Origin: the human T2T-CHM13v2.0 reference genome, Homo sapiens | DNA: 64,000 nucleotides | Assembly (NCBI RefSeq): GCF_009914755.1 | Contig: NC_060941.1 | Reading direction: 5' to 3' (one strand) | Part shown: positions 1 to 14,436 of the stretch, piece after piece | Layout: the number at the start of each line of letters is the position of its first letter | How positions within the stretch are numbered: position 1 is the first letter of the stretch | The notes under the pieces: model-generated | Seen by the model: only the letters and a program-made list of their open reading frames with translations | Told to the model about the DNA's origin: nothing | Database searches by the model: none | Program-made: the position numbers and the translations under genes

Positions 1-269
1 ACAGTCCCCAAGGCAATTTTATAATGAGAGCAACTCCAGCAACCTCCCGCCACCACCCCCGCCACAGTGTGTGTGGTTTGTGAGGGGGAGGGAGAGACAG
101 AGGACCCCTCAAATGGAAAGGAGATATTCATATGCAGGGATTCTAGAAAGAGAGCCTCCCCTTTTCTCCTTTACCATGGCAGGAAAAGCCGTCATCTGAG
201 CTCCCCAAATCTCCACCCCGGGGTAGAGAGGGTTTCTCATCCCCATGTATGCTGAGGCAACATAGCCTA

Positions 270-475
270 AGGTTTAGCACGTGGGTGTGGAGTCAGGGAG
301 ACCTGGGCATGGAATCCTGCCCTGCCCACTGTTTGCCAGCTTCGTCAACTTCACAAGTTTAACTGCTTGAAGCATTGGTTTTACTCATCTGTAAAATGGG
401 AATGTTGACAGCAATCGGCAAGGTTGTGAACATTAAATGGGTCAACGTCTATAACCACCAGTGTCCATGGTAGGT
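270..475 (+). mobile_element. MIR SINE fragment
   Basis: MIR core motif 'ttttactcatctgtaaaatggg' at ~380-400 with degenerate flanks. Confidence 0.7.
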
Positions 476-520
476 ATGACTACTATGCAGAGTGGCCAGG
501 GGCTCCTGGTGCCATGAGAC

Positions 521-878
521 CTATTAGCCTGTTCTCACAGTGCTATGAAGAAATACCCAAGACTGGGTAATTTATAAAGAAAAGAGGTTTAATTGACTAA
601 CAGTTCTGCATGGCTGGGGAGGCCTCAGGAAACTTGCAATCATGGCAGAAGGCACCTCTTCACAGGGTGGCTGGAAAGAGAACAAGTGCCAGCAGGGGAA
701 ATGCCAGACGCTTATAAAACCATCAGATCTCGTGAGAACTCGCTCACTCTCACGAGAACAACATGTGGGAAACTGCCAGCATGATCCAATTACCTCTGCC
801 TGGTCCCACCCTTGACGCATAAGGATTATTACAATTCAAGGTGAGATTTGAGTGAGGACACAGAGCCAAACCATATCA
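521..878 (-). mobile_element. THE1/MST-family (THE1D-like) MaLR solo LTR
   Basis: Ends 'gccaaaccatatca' (RC of THE1 start TGATATGGTTTGGC); internal 'gaggcctcaggaaactt', 'ccatcagatctcgtgaga'; imperfect 5-bp TSD gagac/gaggc. Confidence 0.85.
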
Positions 879-1414
879 GAGGCATGACGCTGAACAGCTC
901 CAATCCAGAGTGTCCCATCACTACCTCCAGAAGATGTGCCCAGTAAAGTGACATCACACTTGAGGAAGGAGCAGCCTAACCCTAGCCATACCCCTCAAGC
1001 CCCAGTTTGGTTTTCCTGGTGGATTTCAGTTTGAATGCCCACACAGCTCGTGAAGGCACAGGACATGGGGCTCGGAAATCAGCCGGTCCTTACGCGGTCT
1101 CTGCCTTCGGGAATTTCAAGCTACAGTGGGGGAAGGGACCAGAACACCTAAAACCTGAGGCTGAGCAAGTGCTGTTGGAGGGGTGCTGAGTGCTCCAGGG
1201 GCTTAAAGAGCAAGGTCATGTCCAGCTGAGGGGAGTCGAGAGGGGCTTCCTGGAAATGAGCCGAGAGTCGGCAGCAAAAGGAGGGAGTGGATCCAAGCTC
1301 ACCCACCAGCCTGGGCCCCGTGCAGAGCAGGAGCTGGACGGGATGTTCCTGTTCTTAGCAAACGCGGAGGGAGCCCAGACCTATGGCTATGAGCCTGTGC
1401 CCGAGCCTGTGCCC

Positions 1415-1575
1415 AATCCTGGGAGATATTTCATTCATCATAATTTTTTTTGCGTTAATGTTGGCTTTTGATTATTTTTATATTGCATTAAAATATTATT
1501 TATCTTGATTACTGCATTTTTGGTGTCCCCTTAAACTTTGTGTCCAGCATGATGCCTCACCCCACCCTCAGCTCT
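1415..1575. mobile_element. MER91-like hAT DNA transposon relic
   Basis: 'atttttggtgtccccttaaactttgtgtcc...tgcctcac' resembles the MER91 terminal region. Confidence 0.5.
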
Positions 1576-1879
1576 GCAAGTGACTGCATTTTCTGGGATT
1601 ATTCCCCCTGCTTACCAGCTCTCGGCTTCCAGTTATCCAACCCACTTTCAGCTGGCTCCAACTCGACCTTCCTAGTCTTCTAGACTCTGACTCCATCTCC
1701 CCACTGCCCACCCCAGCCCCCATGGTCTCACGACCCACCTCAGTGACGATCAGCCTTTGCATCTGGTGGCGGAGGCAGTGCAAGGAGGAGAGCTCCTGCC
1801 ATCAATGCCTTCTCCCTAGGGAGTACCCGCATCAGCCCCAAGCTGCATGCTTTCTGGCACTATCTGGTTGCCCCTCACC

Positions 1880-2025
1880 CAGCTCCTGAGAGGTGGGCAC
1901 CGTCAGCCTCCTTTGTCAGGTGGGGAACCTGAGGCCCAGAGAGACTGTGGGACTCGCCAGATTCACACAGCTGGTTGAGCAGTAGTGGACCTGGGATGCG
2001 GTTCTAGCAAAATGCTCTTTTCACC
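1880..2025 (-). mobile_element. MIR fragment
   Basis: 'aggtggggaacctgaggcccagagag...cacacagctg' = antisense MIR core. Confidence 0.6.
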
Positions 2026-2385
2026 AGAACCCAACATTTCCCAAAGTGTCATCCTTGGAACCCATATTCCAGGGGCTGTGTATTTGTGAGACCTGAAAGG
2101 ACTGCCTTCACGGTTGGAGAAGCGTGACCCGCAGATGTGCGTGGAGGGCCATCATGAGGAAGACATCAAAGATCCTCGGCAGTTCTACAGTTCCAAAAAA
2201 AAATTGATTTTAACTCAGCATTTTGCAAACTCATTGACCTCAAAACTCTTCTTTCATGGAACATCTCCCTGGGTCAGTTGTCCATCTTATATAGTCAAGA
2301 AATACTGACCTGTTTTTAGCGTGAGAGTTTTCCAGCCAGATTCTGCTGATGGGTCCTGCCAGGACCCATACCTGCGCTTTGACCT

Positions 2386-2895
2386 TGTAGGTGAGGGGAG
2401 GTTTCTTTTCTCACCCCTAGATTCATGGCTGAGACACCTGTAACTAAAGGCAGCTTAATAAGAGAAGAGCATGCAAATGTATTTAATGTAAGTGTTATGT
2501 GGCACAGGAGCCTTCGGAAATGAAGACCCAAAGAAACAAACCCATGTATTCCTGTGCTTAGGTTTGTCAAAGAGCGGACAGTCGCGCAGAAGTGAATGGG
2601 ACACATAAGGTCTGATGTTAACATCATAAACTAGGGGGGCTCAGCAAGGCCCATTTGTTCAGACTCTTCTGTGTCCCTGGGTCTTCAGGTCTAAGGATGC
2701 TCCTTTTCTCTGGACACAGGAAGAGCACCTCTCACATTAGGGTCCTATGACCTGCTTCAGAGGAAGGGCAGAGAATTCCTTTATGGCCTGTTTCCGGGGA
2801 GAAGGGCAGGAGAAGGCCAGAGAGACCTTCCCGCTTCTGCTGCTCCTCAAGTGCCAGGTGCCATATTTTAGGGTAGCGGCTCCTAAACCCCATCG
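2386..2895 (-). mobile_element. MER31-like ERV1 solo LTR
   Basis: RC begins 'cgatggggtttaggagccgctaccctaaaatatggcacc'; perfect 4-bp TSD acct (2382-2385 / 2896-2899). Confidence 0.7.
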
Positions 2896-3132
2896 ACCTC
2901 TATGCTGTACTCCATTTTCCGACTTAGCTTGCCTTGGTGTAAGAGGAAGGAAGAGGAGAGAGGGGCTTTAGGAGAAGCCCAGGAAGGATGTTCAGATTTT
3001 ACATTAACTATTTCTATATTGTTTGATTGTCTCACACAGCACATGAATTACTTTGTGAGGAGGGAGGGAAAGAGGGGGAGAAAGAGGACAGGGGAAGAAG
3101 GGGAGTGTTGGGCCGACCCCTATCAACTCCAA

Positions 3133-3468
3133 TGGAAATGGCAACAAATTCAAGAGGCTGAAGAAAGGACCCAGAGCCAGCAAATGGGACATGGGGTTTT
3201 ACTGGGAGCTTATACAGAGGGGAGAGAGATCAGTGGCAGCAGGCTGGGGAGAAGAACCGCAACTGTTTGCAAAAGGCATGCAGTTTCTATAGCAGTTTCA
3301 CTTAGCACCCTCTCGGCTCAGATGTTCCTCATAGATAAGGAATGAATCTCTGGGTTGGCCACTCCGGATTCCTTAGCTCAGAACTCCAAACCGCATTCAG
3401 GTGTGTCTGCCATACAGGGTCATTCTCAGGATGTGCTTAAGATATTGCTATCAGGTGCATTGACTAAA
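3133..3468 (-). mobile_element. ERVL-class LTR fragment (MER54/MER73/MER74-like)
   Basis: 'gaggctgaagaaaggacccagagccagc...cagtggcagcaggctggggagaagaaccgc' typical of this LTR group; subfamily uncertain. Confidence 0.5.
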
Positions 3469-3469
3469 C

Positions 3470-3618
3470 GGGGGGGAAGGAGAGAGGAAAAAAGAAAACA
3501 GGAGAGGAAAGAAGGGAGGGAGGGAAGAGAGAAGGAGGAAAGAAAAGGAACACAAGAAGAGAAGGAGGAGGAAGGGAGAGAAGAGAAAGATACAGAGAGA
3601 AGAGAGAAGTGGGGAGAG
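3470..3618 (+). repeat. GA-rich polypurine low-complexity tract
   Basis: ~150 bp almost exclusively A/G. Confidence 0.85.
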
Positions 3619-3811
3619 TCAACGTGATCCTGGGGTTTGCAGCTCCTACAGCCCATCCTCAAGTGAGAGAAAATCTCAGGCATGAGAGAAGGCTCAGCAG
3701 GCACAGGCGTCCCCCTCCCAAGTATCCCCTTCATCTTCCTCGGTCAGTTCCCACCTCCACCCCCTCCCAACCAAACATCACCAATCACACATGAATTAAA
3801 AGCCATTTCCA

Positions 3812-4221
<410 letters not shown>

Positions 4222-4249
4222 CTAGGTAGGGTGGAGGGGGCAGGTCAGG

Positions 4250-4550
4250 GTCTTCTCCCTGCCCCCCAGGCCAGGGCGCCATTAGTATTCAGCATCTTCT
4301 CGGTAATGGTCCCTCTTCATGCTGGTTTGATTTTATTATTATGCCAACACACTTGCTTAATTCTCTGCTGTCTTTCTTCTGCACTGTTGATTTACACTGT
4401 TAGTGTTTTAATTATACAATTCAGCACTCCTTAAAACATGAAAAACTGCTCAACTTTTCAAGCAATTAAAAGGCAGCAAAGTATATCAGCAGATCCGAGA
4501 CGAGATAAGTAAATCAAGCAATTAAAAATGTCGTTTGGTGAAAATGTAGC
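4250..4550. promoter_or_regulatory. Candidate enhancer (homeodomain/PBX-HOX motif cluster)
   Basis: Repeat-free AT-rich island; TGATTTAC at 4388-4395 and its RC at 4509-4516; 14-bp direct repeat tcaagcaattaaaa. Confidence 0.4.
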
Positions 4551-4749
4551 AACCCACCCAAAACGAGCGATGCCGGTGGGCCCTCCCGACCAGAACTTCG
4601 AAGAGCGGCGCCTCCTCCATCTCACCTTCCTACCCGGGAACGTGGTGCGTTCTGCCTCACTCTCCCTCTTACTCTCCCTGTGTTGAACGTGATGCCTCGC
4701 TGACCTCAGCCCAGCCTGGCTGAGAGGGCCTGCGTGGGATGACCTCAGG

Positions 4750-4885
4750 ACTTGGGCGACCACAGACTCAGGTTTTAACCTGGTCGCCGAGCAGCTCATG
4801 AACTTGGCCGCATTTCTCCTCTCTCTCGGCCTGTTTCCCATCAGCAAATGGGACTGCACCACTACGTTTTTGTGTGGGGGTGAGT
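4750..4885 (+). mobile_element. MIR fragment
   Basis: 'ctctctcggcctgtttcccatcagcaaatggg' degenerate MIR core. Confidence 0.5.
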
Positions 4886-4910
4886 AAAATATAATAACAA
4901 AACTTACCAT

Positions 4911-5701
<791 letters not shown>

Positions 5702-6359
5702 TCATCTTTGCCATTTTTAAGTGTACAGCGCGGCGGTATTACATTCATATGGTTCATTCACATTTGTATGGTACAGTCATACTGTTGCCTAATTGTCATC
5801 ACCATCCATCTCCAGAACCCTTTTCATCTTGCAGAACTGAGACTTTACACCCATTGAACACTCCCCATTCCCCTTCTCCTGTACCCCTGGTTTCTAAGCT
5901 GGTTTCCATGGAGCCCCGGGGTTTAATCTCAGGCCCCTAGAGGGCTGCTAAGAGCAGGAGCAGGTAGCAGGGAGATGAGTAAGCAAAGCTCCATTTTAAT
6001 CTGTTTAAGCTGTTAGGCCTCTGGATTTGATTGCATTTGAGTATAAGGCTCTGAAGATTATTTTTTGAAGTCAGAAAATGACTGGATGAGACCATCTGAA
6101 AGACCTGGATTGGGAAGGACTGGCTGAGAGGCTTGAGTTTTTTCTAAAGAAAAGTTCTGCCCACGAGCAAGGAGGATGGGTCCTGCTTCTCTGGGTCTAG
6201 AGCAGGACAAAATACACTCCCCCCAAATAAGCTGAGCTCACCCCAGGAATCCAGGCTCCTCCCAGGCCTTAACCAGTTCCCTCCCTCACGAACTCTTGGC
6301 ATCGTGACTTCAGGCCCCAGGGGACCCAGAGAACCAGGGACGCTCCGTTGCACTGAAAG

Positions 6360-6385
6360 TGAGGGTGGGGAGGGTGGGGACAGGT
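6360..6385 (+). other. G-quadruplex motif (MYC Pu22/Pu24-like)
   Basis: tgagggtggggagggtgggga: four G-tracts with single-nt loops. Confidence 0.8.
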
Positions 6386-7309
6386 TGGGAGCAGGGACAG
6401 GAGGTGTGCAGCCCACTCATCCATCACACAAAGAGCTGGAAAGGCCAGTGGTGCCACCCAGTGCCCACTCGCTGGCCAGGCTGTCTGGGAGGAGGATATT
6501 GACTCAGGCAAGAAGGGAGGCAAGGTGGCAGGTGCTGTGGGGTGGGCACTGAAGAAGATGGAGGGGCTGAGAGACAGCCTCAACCCGCAGCATCTGGCTC
6601 AGGGCAGAACCTCCCAGAATAGACACACTTCCCCATCCTTCATCAGCCGCTGTCAGGAGGATTATAAATGTGAAGAGGTGGTGTCCAGAATCTTAACCAT
6701 GTTGGTCCCAGCAGGAAGAGGCAAGGCCAGTGCCCCTGAGCTCTTGGCTCTGGGACCCGGGTTCAGGTTTCCTACAAGAGAACAAGCACACCCTGGAGTG
6801 TGTCTGGATCCAGCCCTCCCAGAGACTCTCCCCTGGGTTGGCTTGAGTGTTCAAGAGCAGACATGTGACTGGAACCAGGGTGGGCTGTGGCCCAGCAGGT
6901 GACCCAGGAAGATCTGGCTCAGTGTGTGGACAGGGTTGGAGCTGGGGGGGATGGAAGAGATCATAAAGACAGGACCTGTCTATGTCCCTGTCCCCCCCTC
7001 ATTTGGATCGGTTTGTGACCCATGACTACTTCCCGCTGTCATCGGTGGCTGGGAGACTCTGTCTGCTGAACAAGACCCAGTGGAGAGAGACACCACCAGC
7101 AAATAGCCACACTTGAAAGGACACCATTTCCAGATTCTGATTGCCTGGTCCCTTGGGTGTTGTTAAAGGGAAGGTACCAGGTTGAAAAGGAAATGGCAGA
7201 GAAGCCCTCTGCTTCCTTGATAAGGTATCCCATATCTCTTCCCCTGAATGGGGAGATTATCAGATTGGGTAACTTACTATTTAAAATAAAAAGGGTATAT
7301 TTTAAATAC

Positions 7310-7899
7310 CACACCTAGGTTAAAAGTGAAAGTATGAAAAAAGATATATCATGCAAACAATAAACATCAGAACGGTGATGTCTCTATATTACTATGAGAT
7401 AAAGCAAACTTCAAGGTGAAGAATATTACCAGAGATAGAACAGAACATTCCATAATGATAAAAGGATAAGTCTATTAAAAAGACATAGCAGCCCCAAAAT
7501 ATGTGTATCTACTAACAGAATTTCAAAATATATGGAAGGAAACTAACAAAACTATATAAAGAAATTGACAAATTTGCAATCATAATTGGAAATCTTAACA
7601 CTTCTCTCTTAATACTTGATAGGACAACTAGAAAAAAAATCAAAGGACATAGAAGATGTGAATAGCACTATCAATCAACTTGGCCGAATCGATGTTGATA
7701 GAACATTCTATCCAACAATTGCAAAGCACACATTCTTTTCAAATTATCACTGAATATTCACCAAGATAGACTATATTCTGCAACATTAGTCTTGATAAAC
7801 TTGAAACATTAAAATATTACAGCATACTTCTCCATAGAAGGAAAATAAGAAAACATGTTGAATTGAATCATAAGGAAAATATATGAAAATCTATGAGGA
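7310..7899 (+). mobile_element. Old L1 ORF2 endonuclease region (decayed)
   Basis: 'aaaagatatatcatgcaaac', 'cataatgataaaagg', 'ttcaccaagatagactatattctg' match L1 ORF2 5' part; many stops. Confidence 0.8.
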
Positions 7900-8792
7900 A
7901 AAACTCTGTTTCCACTCATGGAGACATAACTGCTGCAAGAATTGCCCTCTTATTGTAATCAACCAGAGAACTGGAGAAAATATAAAAAACAGCTGTTTTC
8001 AGATACTGGACTATGGACAGAACATAACAGTGATCCCTTAAATAAAAGAACAAACAAGGTAAGCCCCAGCTTACAGCTAAGAGGATTTCCAAGCCTCAGC
8101 AAAGCAAGGAGGAACTCAAACAGAGCAAAGGGTCTGGCTAAGATAAGAAAAGAAATGTTGGAGTTTGTGGAGGCTGAGGGACCGAAATTGGGGGCATAAC
8201 ACTGGGCAGAAAGGAGACACAAAGAGAGAGAGCGTGCAGAAGATGTCCAAAAGAGTCACTGCAAATCTTTAGCTAAGCATTGATCTGCCTCTGTGGGGAG
8301 TAAAATTCCACGAGGCAGGGGAAGGAACCACTTGAAAGCAGTGGATTCAACCATTCCTAAAGTTCACACAGGTCTGGGAATGTTTACCAAGCTTGTTTTC
8401 CCACAAACCAGACTGGCAGGACTTCATAACACACAGGATTTCATAGAGTCCTCAGAAAGGTATTGATTTAGTAGTGGGGATAAATTAGCTCTAGGCTAAG
8501 TGATGTTCTGAAAAAGCCTGAACAAAGACTAAAAGCAAGCCTCAAAGGGATCAAACTGATCCAAGTTAATTTAATTGTATGCCAGAATGAAATCCAAAAC
8601 ATTTTAAAGAAAGAAATAAAATCCAGCACAAATTCACAATGTTCAACATTTAATCAAAAATAACAAGTCATGAAAAGATGTGGAAAAATATAACCCATGA
8701 CGAAGAGAAAACAGAGCAAGAAATTACAGAAATAATGGCATTAAGACATAAAAGCATTTAAAAATGATGACAAATACTTTAATAGGCTAGAG

Positions 8793-9311
8793 TGGCAGTC
8801 CCCAGCCTTTTTGGCACTAGAGACTGGTTTTGTGGAAGACGATTTTTCCACGGACAGTGTGGGGGATGATTTCAGGATGATTCAACTGCATTACATTTAT
8901 TGTACATTTTATTTCTATTATATTACATTGTAATATATAATGAAATAATTATACAATTCATCATGATGTAGAATCAGTGGGATCCCTGAGCTTGTTTTCC
9001 TGCAACTAGATGGTCCCATCTGGGGGTGATGGGAGACAGTGATAGATCATCAGGCATTAGATTCTCACAGGGAGCGTGCAACCTAGATCCCTCACATGCA
9101 CAGTTCACAATAGGGTTGATGCTCCTATGAGAACCTAATGCTGCCATTGATAGGAAGTGGAGTTCAGGTGGTAATGTGAGCAATGGTAAGCAGCTGTAAA
9201 TACAGATGAAGCTTCACTTGCTGGACCACTGCTTACCTCCTACTGTGCAGCCCCATTCCTAACAGGCCACAGACCAGTACCAGTCTGTGGCTCAAGGGTT
9301 GGGGACCCCTG
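8793..9311. mobile_element. MER1A hAT-Charlie DNA transposon
   Basis: TIRs 'tggcagtccccagcc' / 'ggttggggacccctg'; 8-bp TSD ggctagag/ggctagac; ~520 bp. Confidence 0.9.
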
Positions 9312-9598
9312 GGCTAGACACTATGAAAGAAAACAAGAACATGATGAATAGAGAAATGAAATATATGTAAAATCCCCAAAATATCTTTCAGACACACCAA
9401 AAATGCAATATCCAAAAGAAAAAGTAAAAATGCATTTGAGGGGACTAACAGCAGATTAGATACTACAGAAGATCACTGATCTTGAAAGTGGAGCAATACA
9501 TCCTATCTAAAATTGAGCACAGATAGAAAAAGAATAGAAAAAAAAGAGAACAACCAGAAAATAAGTGACCTGCAGAACAGTATTAATGTTCTAACCTA

Positions 9599-9933
<335 letters not shown>

Positions 9934-10496
9934 AGAGAGAGAGAGAGAATAATCAAATTGTTTACAAATTGGATGAAAATGATAAACCCACAGATCCAGA
10001 AGCTCAGTAAACCCCAAACAGAATAAACATTAAAACACACACACACACCAAGGGGAAAAGACACATTTTGAAGAGGATTAAAGATAAGAATGACAGCAGA
10101 CTCTTCAACAATTGTGCAAACCAGAAGACAGTGGAATGACATCTTTAAAGAAGGGAAAGAAAATAACTGTCAAACTAGTAATCTTTAGTTAGTGAAAATA
10201 TATTTCAAAAGTAAAAGTAAAAAAAAAAGACTTTTTCAGACATACAAAAGCTGAGAGAACTCCTCACCAGCAGTTCTGAACTTTAAGAAATGTAATAGGA
10301 AGATATTCAGGCAGAAGGAAAGGGATATCAGATGGAAATCTGAATCTATACAAAGGAAGAATGTCAGAAATGGTTAATATGTGGATATCTATAATATCCA
10401 TTTTTCAATCTCTTCAAAAGATAACTAGCTGCTTAAATCCACATAATAGTTCTACTTCTGGCCAAGATGGAGTAACAGAAAATGGATTTACTCTAA

Positions 10497-10856
<360 letters not shown>

Positions 10857-11583
10857 TCAAACACATGCTCACGATATGACCCAGTGATTCTAATATCTTT
10901 TTCTACCAGATATAAAAGCATATGTCCACACAAAGACTTGTACATGAATGTCCGTAAGAGCTTTATTTATAATAGCCTCAAATTAGAAACAACCCAAATA
11001 CCCATCAACAAGAGAATGGATAAACCATTTGTGGTGCAAAATGGGATTCTACACAGCAATAAAATGAACAAACTACTGATACATACAATAACATGGGTAA
11101 ATTCAAAAGCATTATTCGTAGTGAAAGAGGCCAGACACAGAAGACTACAAGCTGCATAATTTATTTATGTGAAATTCTAGAAAAGGCAAAACTGTAGTGA
11201 CAGAAAACAAACCAGTGGTTGGCATAGCAGTTGGAGTGGATTGACTAAAACAGCCACAAGGGAATTTTCTGGGGCGGTGAGAATATTCTATACTTTGGAT
11301 GTTGTGGTGGACCCATGAGTAACAACGTTAGTCAAAACCCAGTGAATCATAGACTGAAAATGGGTGAATTTTGTTGTATACAACTTGTATTTCAATAAAG
11401 TCATTTTTTAAAAACTGTGGGATGTCACCAAAGCAGTGATTGTTGAAAGATTTGTACCTTTAAATGCCCTTATTAGAAAAGAAGAAAGCTTTAAAAATTG
11501 AATATCTAGGTTTCTACTTTCGGAAGCTAGAAAAAGAAGAGAAAATTGAAACCAAGTAAGCAAAAGAAAGTAAATAAGAGAGA

Positions 11584-11875
11584 GGCTGGGCATGGTGGCT
11601 CATGCCTGTAATCCCAGCACTTTGAGAGTCTGAGGTGGATGGATCACCTGAGGTCAAGAGTTTGCCTGACCAACATGGTGAAACCCAGTCTCTACTAAAA
11701 ATGTAAAATTAGTCAGACATGGTGGTGCATGCCTGTAATCCCAACTACTCAGGAGGCTGAGGCACGAGAATCGCTTTGCATGAGAATTGGAGGTTGCAGT
11801 GAGCCATTGCATTCCAGCCTGGAAAACAGAGCAAGACTCTATCTCAAAAAAAAAAAGAAAAGAAAAGAAAAGAAA
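11584..11875 (+). mobile_element. AluS
   Basis: Alu dimer with small deletions; (AAAAG)n tail. Confidence 0.9.
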
Positions 11876-13312
11876 CTAGATAAGAGCAGTAGTAAATGAA
11901 ATAGAAAACAGACAAACCATGAAGAAATTTAACAAAGCTCAAAATATTCTTCCTTTAAAAGATTGATATAATTAATAAATTTTTTAACAAATGAAAATAA
12001 GAGAAAGCATAATTTACCAGTGAGTGAAAGAAGGGACAAATCCTACAAAAACGCAGAGGACAATAAAACAATATTATAAACAACATTATGCCAAAATACT
12101 TATCAACTTCTGTGAAAAGAACAAGTTCTTTGGAAAACACAAATTACCAAAGCGGACTGAAGGAAAAAAATAGAAAATGAGGATAGCTATATAACTATTT
12201 AAGTAATTAAAATCCTAATTAAAAAAAAAATCTTCCAGCAAAGAAAATGCTAGGCCCAGATAGCTTCACTGGTAATGGTATTAAACACTTAAAAAAGAAA
12301 TAATACATAAAACTTACAAAAACCTTTTTCAGAAAATAGAGGGTAAGGGAATACTCCCAATTCATTTTATGGTACTCTGTACCAAAACCCTGGAAAATGA
12401 TATTACAGACTAATACCCCTTATGAGCATAGCTTTAAAAAAAAAACTCTTAAGAAAATTAGCAAATCAAATCCAGCAATATATAAAATATATAGCACATT
12501 TCATGCATATGAATGTATAAACTCAACCAAGTAGAGTTTATCTCAGGAATGCAAGGTTGGCTCAACACTGCAATTTCCAAGGAATGTAATTCAGTATATT
12601 GATGAATTAAAGGAGAATAAGCACAAGATCTCAAAGGATTCAGGAAAAGCAAACTAAGAATTGAAGGATAAATTATTCAAGCAAATAAAGGGCATATACA
12701 ACAAAGCTATAGTTAATATCATACTTAATGGTGAAAGACTGAATGCTTTTCTCCTAAGATTGGGAAAAATGCAAAGATTTCTGCCTTTATCACTTCTACT
12801 TAAAATTAAACTGGAGTTCTAACCACAGCAATAAAATAAGGAAAAGAAATTAAAAGTATACTTATTGGGAGAGAAGTGAACTCTCTTTTTCACATATGAC
12901 ATGATTGGTTACATTAAAAAAAACTAATCTACTAAAGAAAAAGATCTACTAGAGCTAAAACGTTAATTTAATGAAACTGAAGGACAAAGGCCAAAATTAA
13001 TTTTTATATATAATCAGCAAACAATTAGAAAATAAAATAGCAATAAATCCTATTAACAATGGCATCCAGAAATGTAAAATACTTAGTAATAAATCTAGCA
13101 AAACATTTGCAAGACCTCTACATTGATAATTACAAATGCAACTGAAAAAAATCTAAAAAGACCTAAATAAATGAAACAACATATCATGTTCATAGATTGG
13201 AAGGCTCTGTATTTTAAGATGTAATTCCTCCTCAGATTGATCTGTAGATTCAACATCCCTATCACAATCCCAGCAGGCATTTTGTAGAAAATAATGTGAT
13301 TCTAAAATTTAT

Positions 13313-13703
13313 CTGTTGGCTTTTAATGAGTCTTAACTCAGACTAAAATGTAAAGTCTCTATGTCAGCATGGTGTATGCTCTATTGGCCCTTCTTCCCCT
13401 CCCATTTTTTGTATTTAAATCAAGTTATGGTTTAAATGAGGAACAATCAATACATCTAATTCTTTCCTCTTCTCTGCATAAAATAAACTTGTGAACTAGA
13501 GTTCAGGAGCCCTTCACTAGGAGGGTGGAAAGCCTCATTAACTGCACCAATGAGGAAGAAGATGACTGCATGGACTGATAGGAAACCTCACAGAAGCCGC
13601 TGGGCAAGCCCTGGGCAGAGCTGCTTTTAAGGCACATTCTTCCCTTGCTGGTGCTGAGAATAAACAGGGAATGGTGCTGCATACGGTTTTTTCAAAATAA
13701 AAG
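13313..13703 (+). pseudogene. Probable 5'-truncated retrocopy of a polyadenylated RNA 3' end inserted in L1
   Basis: Non-L1 insert interrupting L1 ORF2; AATAAA at 13659, A-rich end 13694-13702, flanking repeat aaatttat/aaatctat. Confidence 0.4.
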
Positions 13704-14063
13704 GAAATCTATATGAAGTACAAAGGACTTAGAATAGCCAAAACAATTTTGAAAAAGGGAGGAAATTGGAGGACTCATACTACCTGGTTTTAAGGCTTGC
13801 TATAAAGCTACAAGACAATATGTTATTGGTGTAAGGATAGACAAATAAATCAATGCAGTAGAATAGTGAGTCCAGAAATAGACTCACACATGTCAATTGA
13901 TTTTTTAGAGGCACCAAGGCAATTTAAGGAAAAAATATCTGCAACAGTGCTGGAATGACTGGGTATTCATATAGAAAAAAATAAAATTTGAACTCCAACC
14001 TTATACCACAAATAAAATTAGTTTGAGAAGAATCACAGGCCTTAACATAAAAGATAAAACTGT

Positions 14064-14436
14064 TAATATGGTTTGTCTGTGTCCTCACCCAAATCTCATC
14101 TTGAATTGTAGTTCCCATAATCCTCATGTACTGTGGGAGGGACCCAGTGGGAGAAAATTGAATCATGGAGGCAGTTACCTACATGCTGTTTTCGTGATAA
14201 TGAGTGAATTCTCACAAGATCTGATGGTTTATAAGGGGTTTTCCCCACTTCGCTCTGCACTTCTCCTTGCTGCTGGCATGTGAAGAAGAACATGTTTGCT
14301 TCCCCTTCTGTCGTGATTGTAAGTTTCCTGAGGCCTCCCCAGCCCTGCATAACTGTGAGTCAATTAAACCTCTTTCCTTTATAAATTATCCAGTCTCGGG
14401 TATGTCCTTATAGCAGTGTGAGAACCAACTGATACA
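14064..14436 (+). mobile_element. THE1C/D solo LTR
   Basis: Starts 'taatatggtttgtctgtgtcctcacccaaatctcatcttgaattg', ends 'actgataca'; TSD actgt/actat. Confidence 0.9.

Noticed and set aside
728-758. Palindromic tctcgtgaga...tctcacgaga hairpin
   Set aside because: Largely part of the THE1/MST LTR consensus.
4560-4870. Possible CpG-island promoter
   Set aside because: Short, only modest CpG enrichment and partly MIR-derived.
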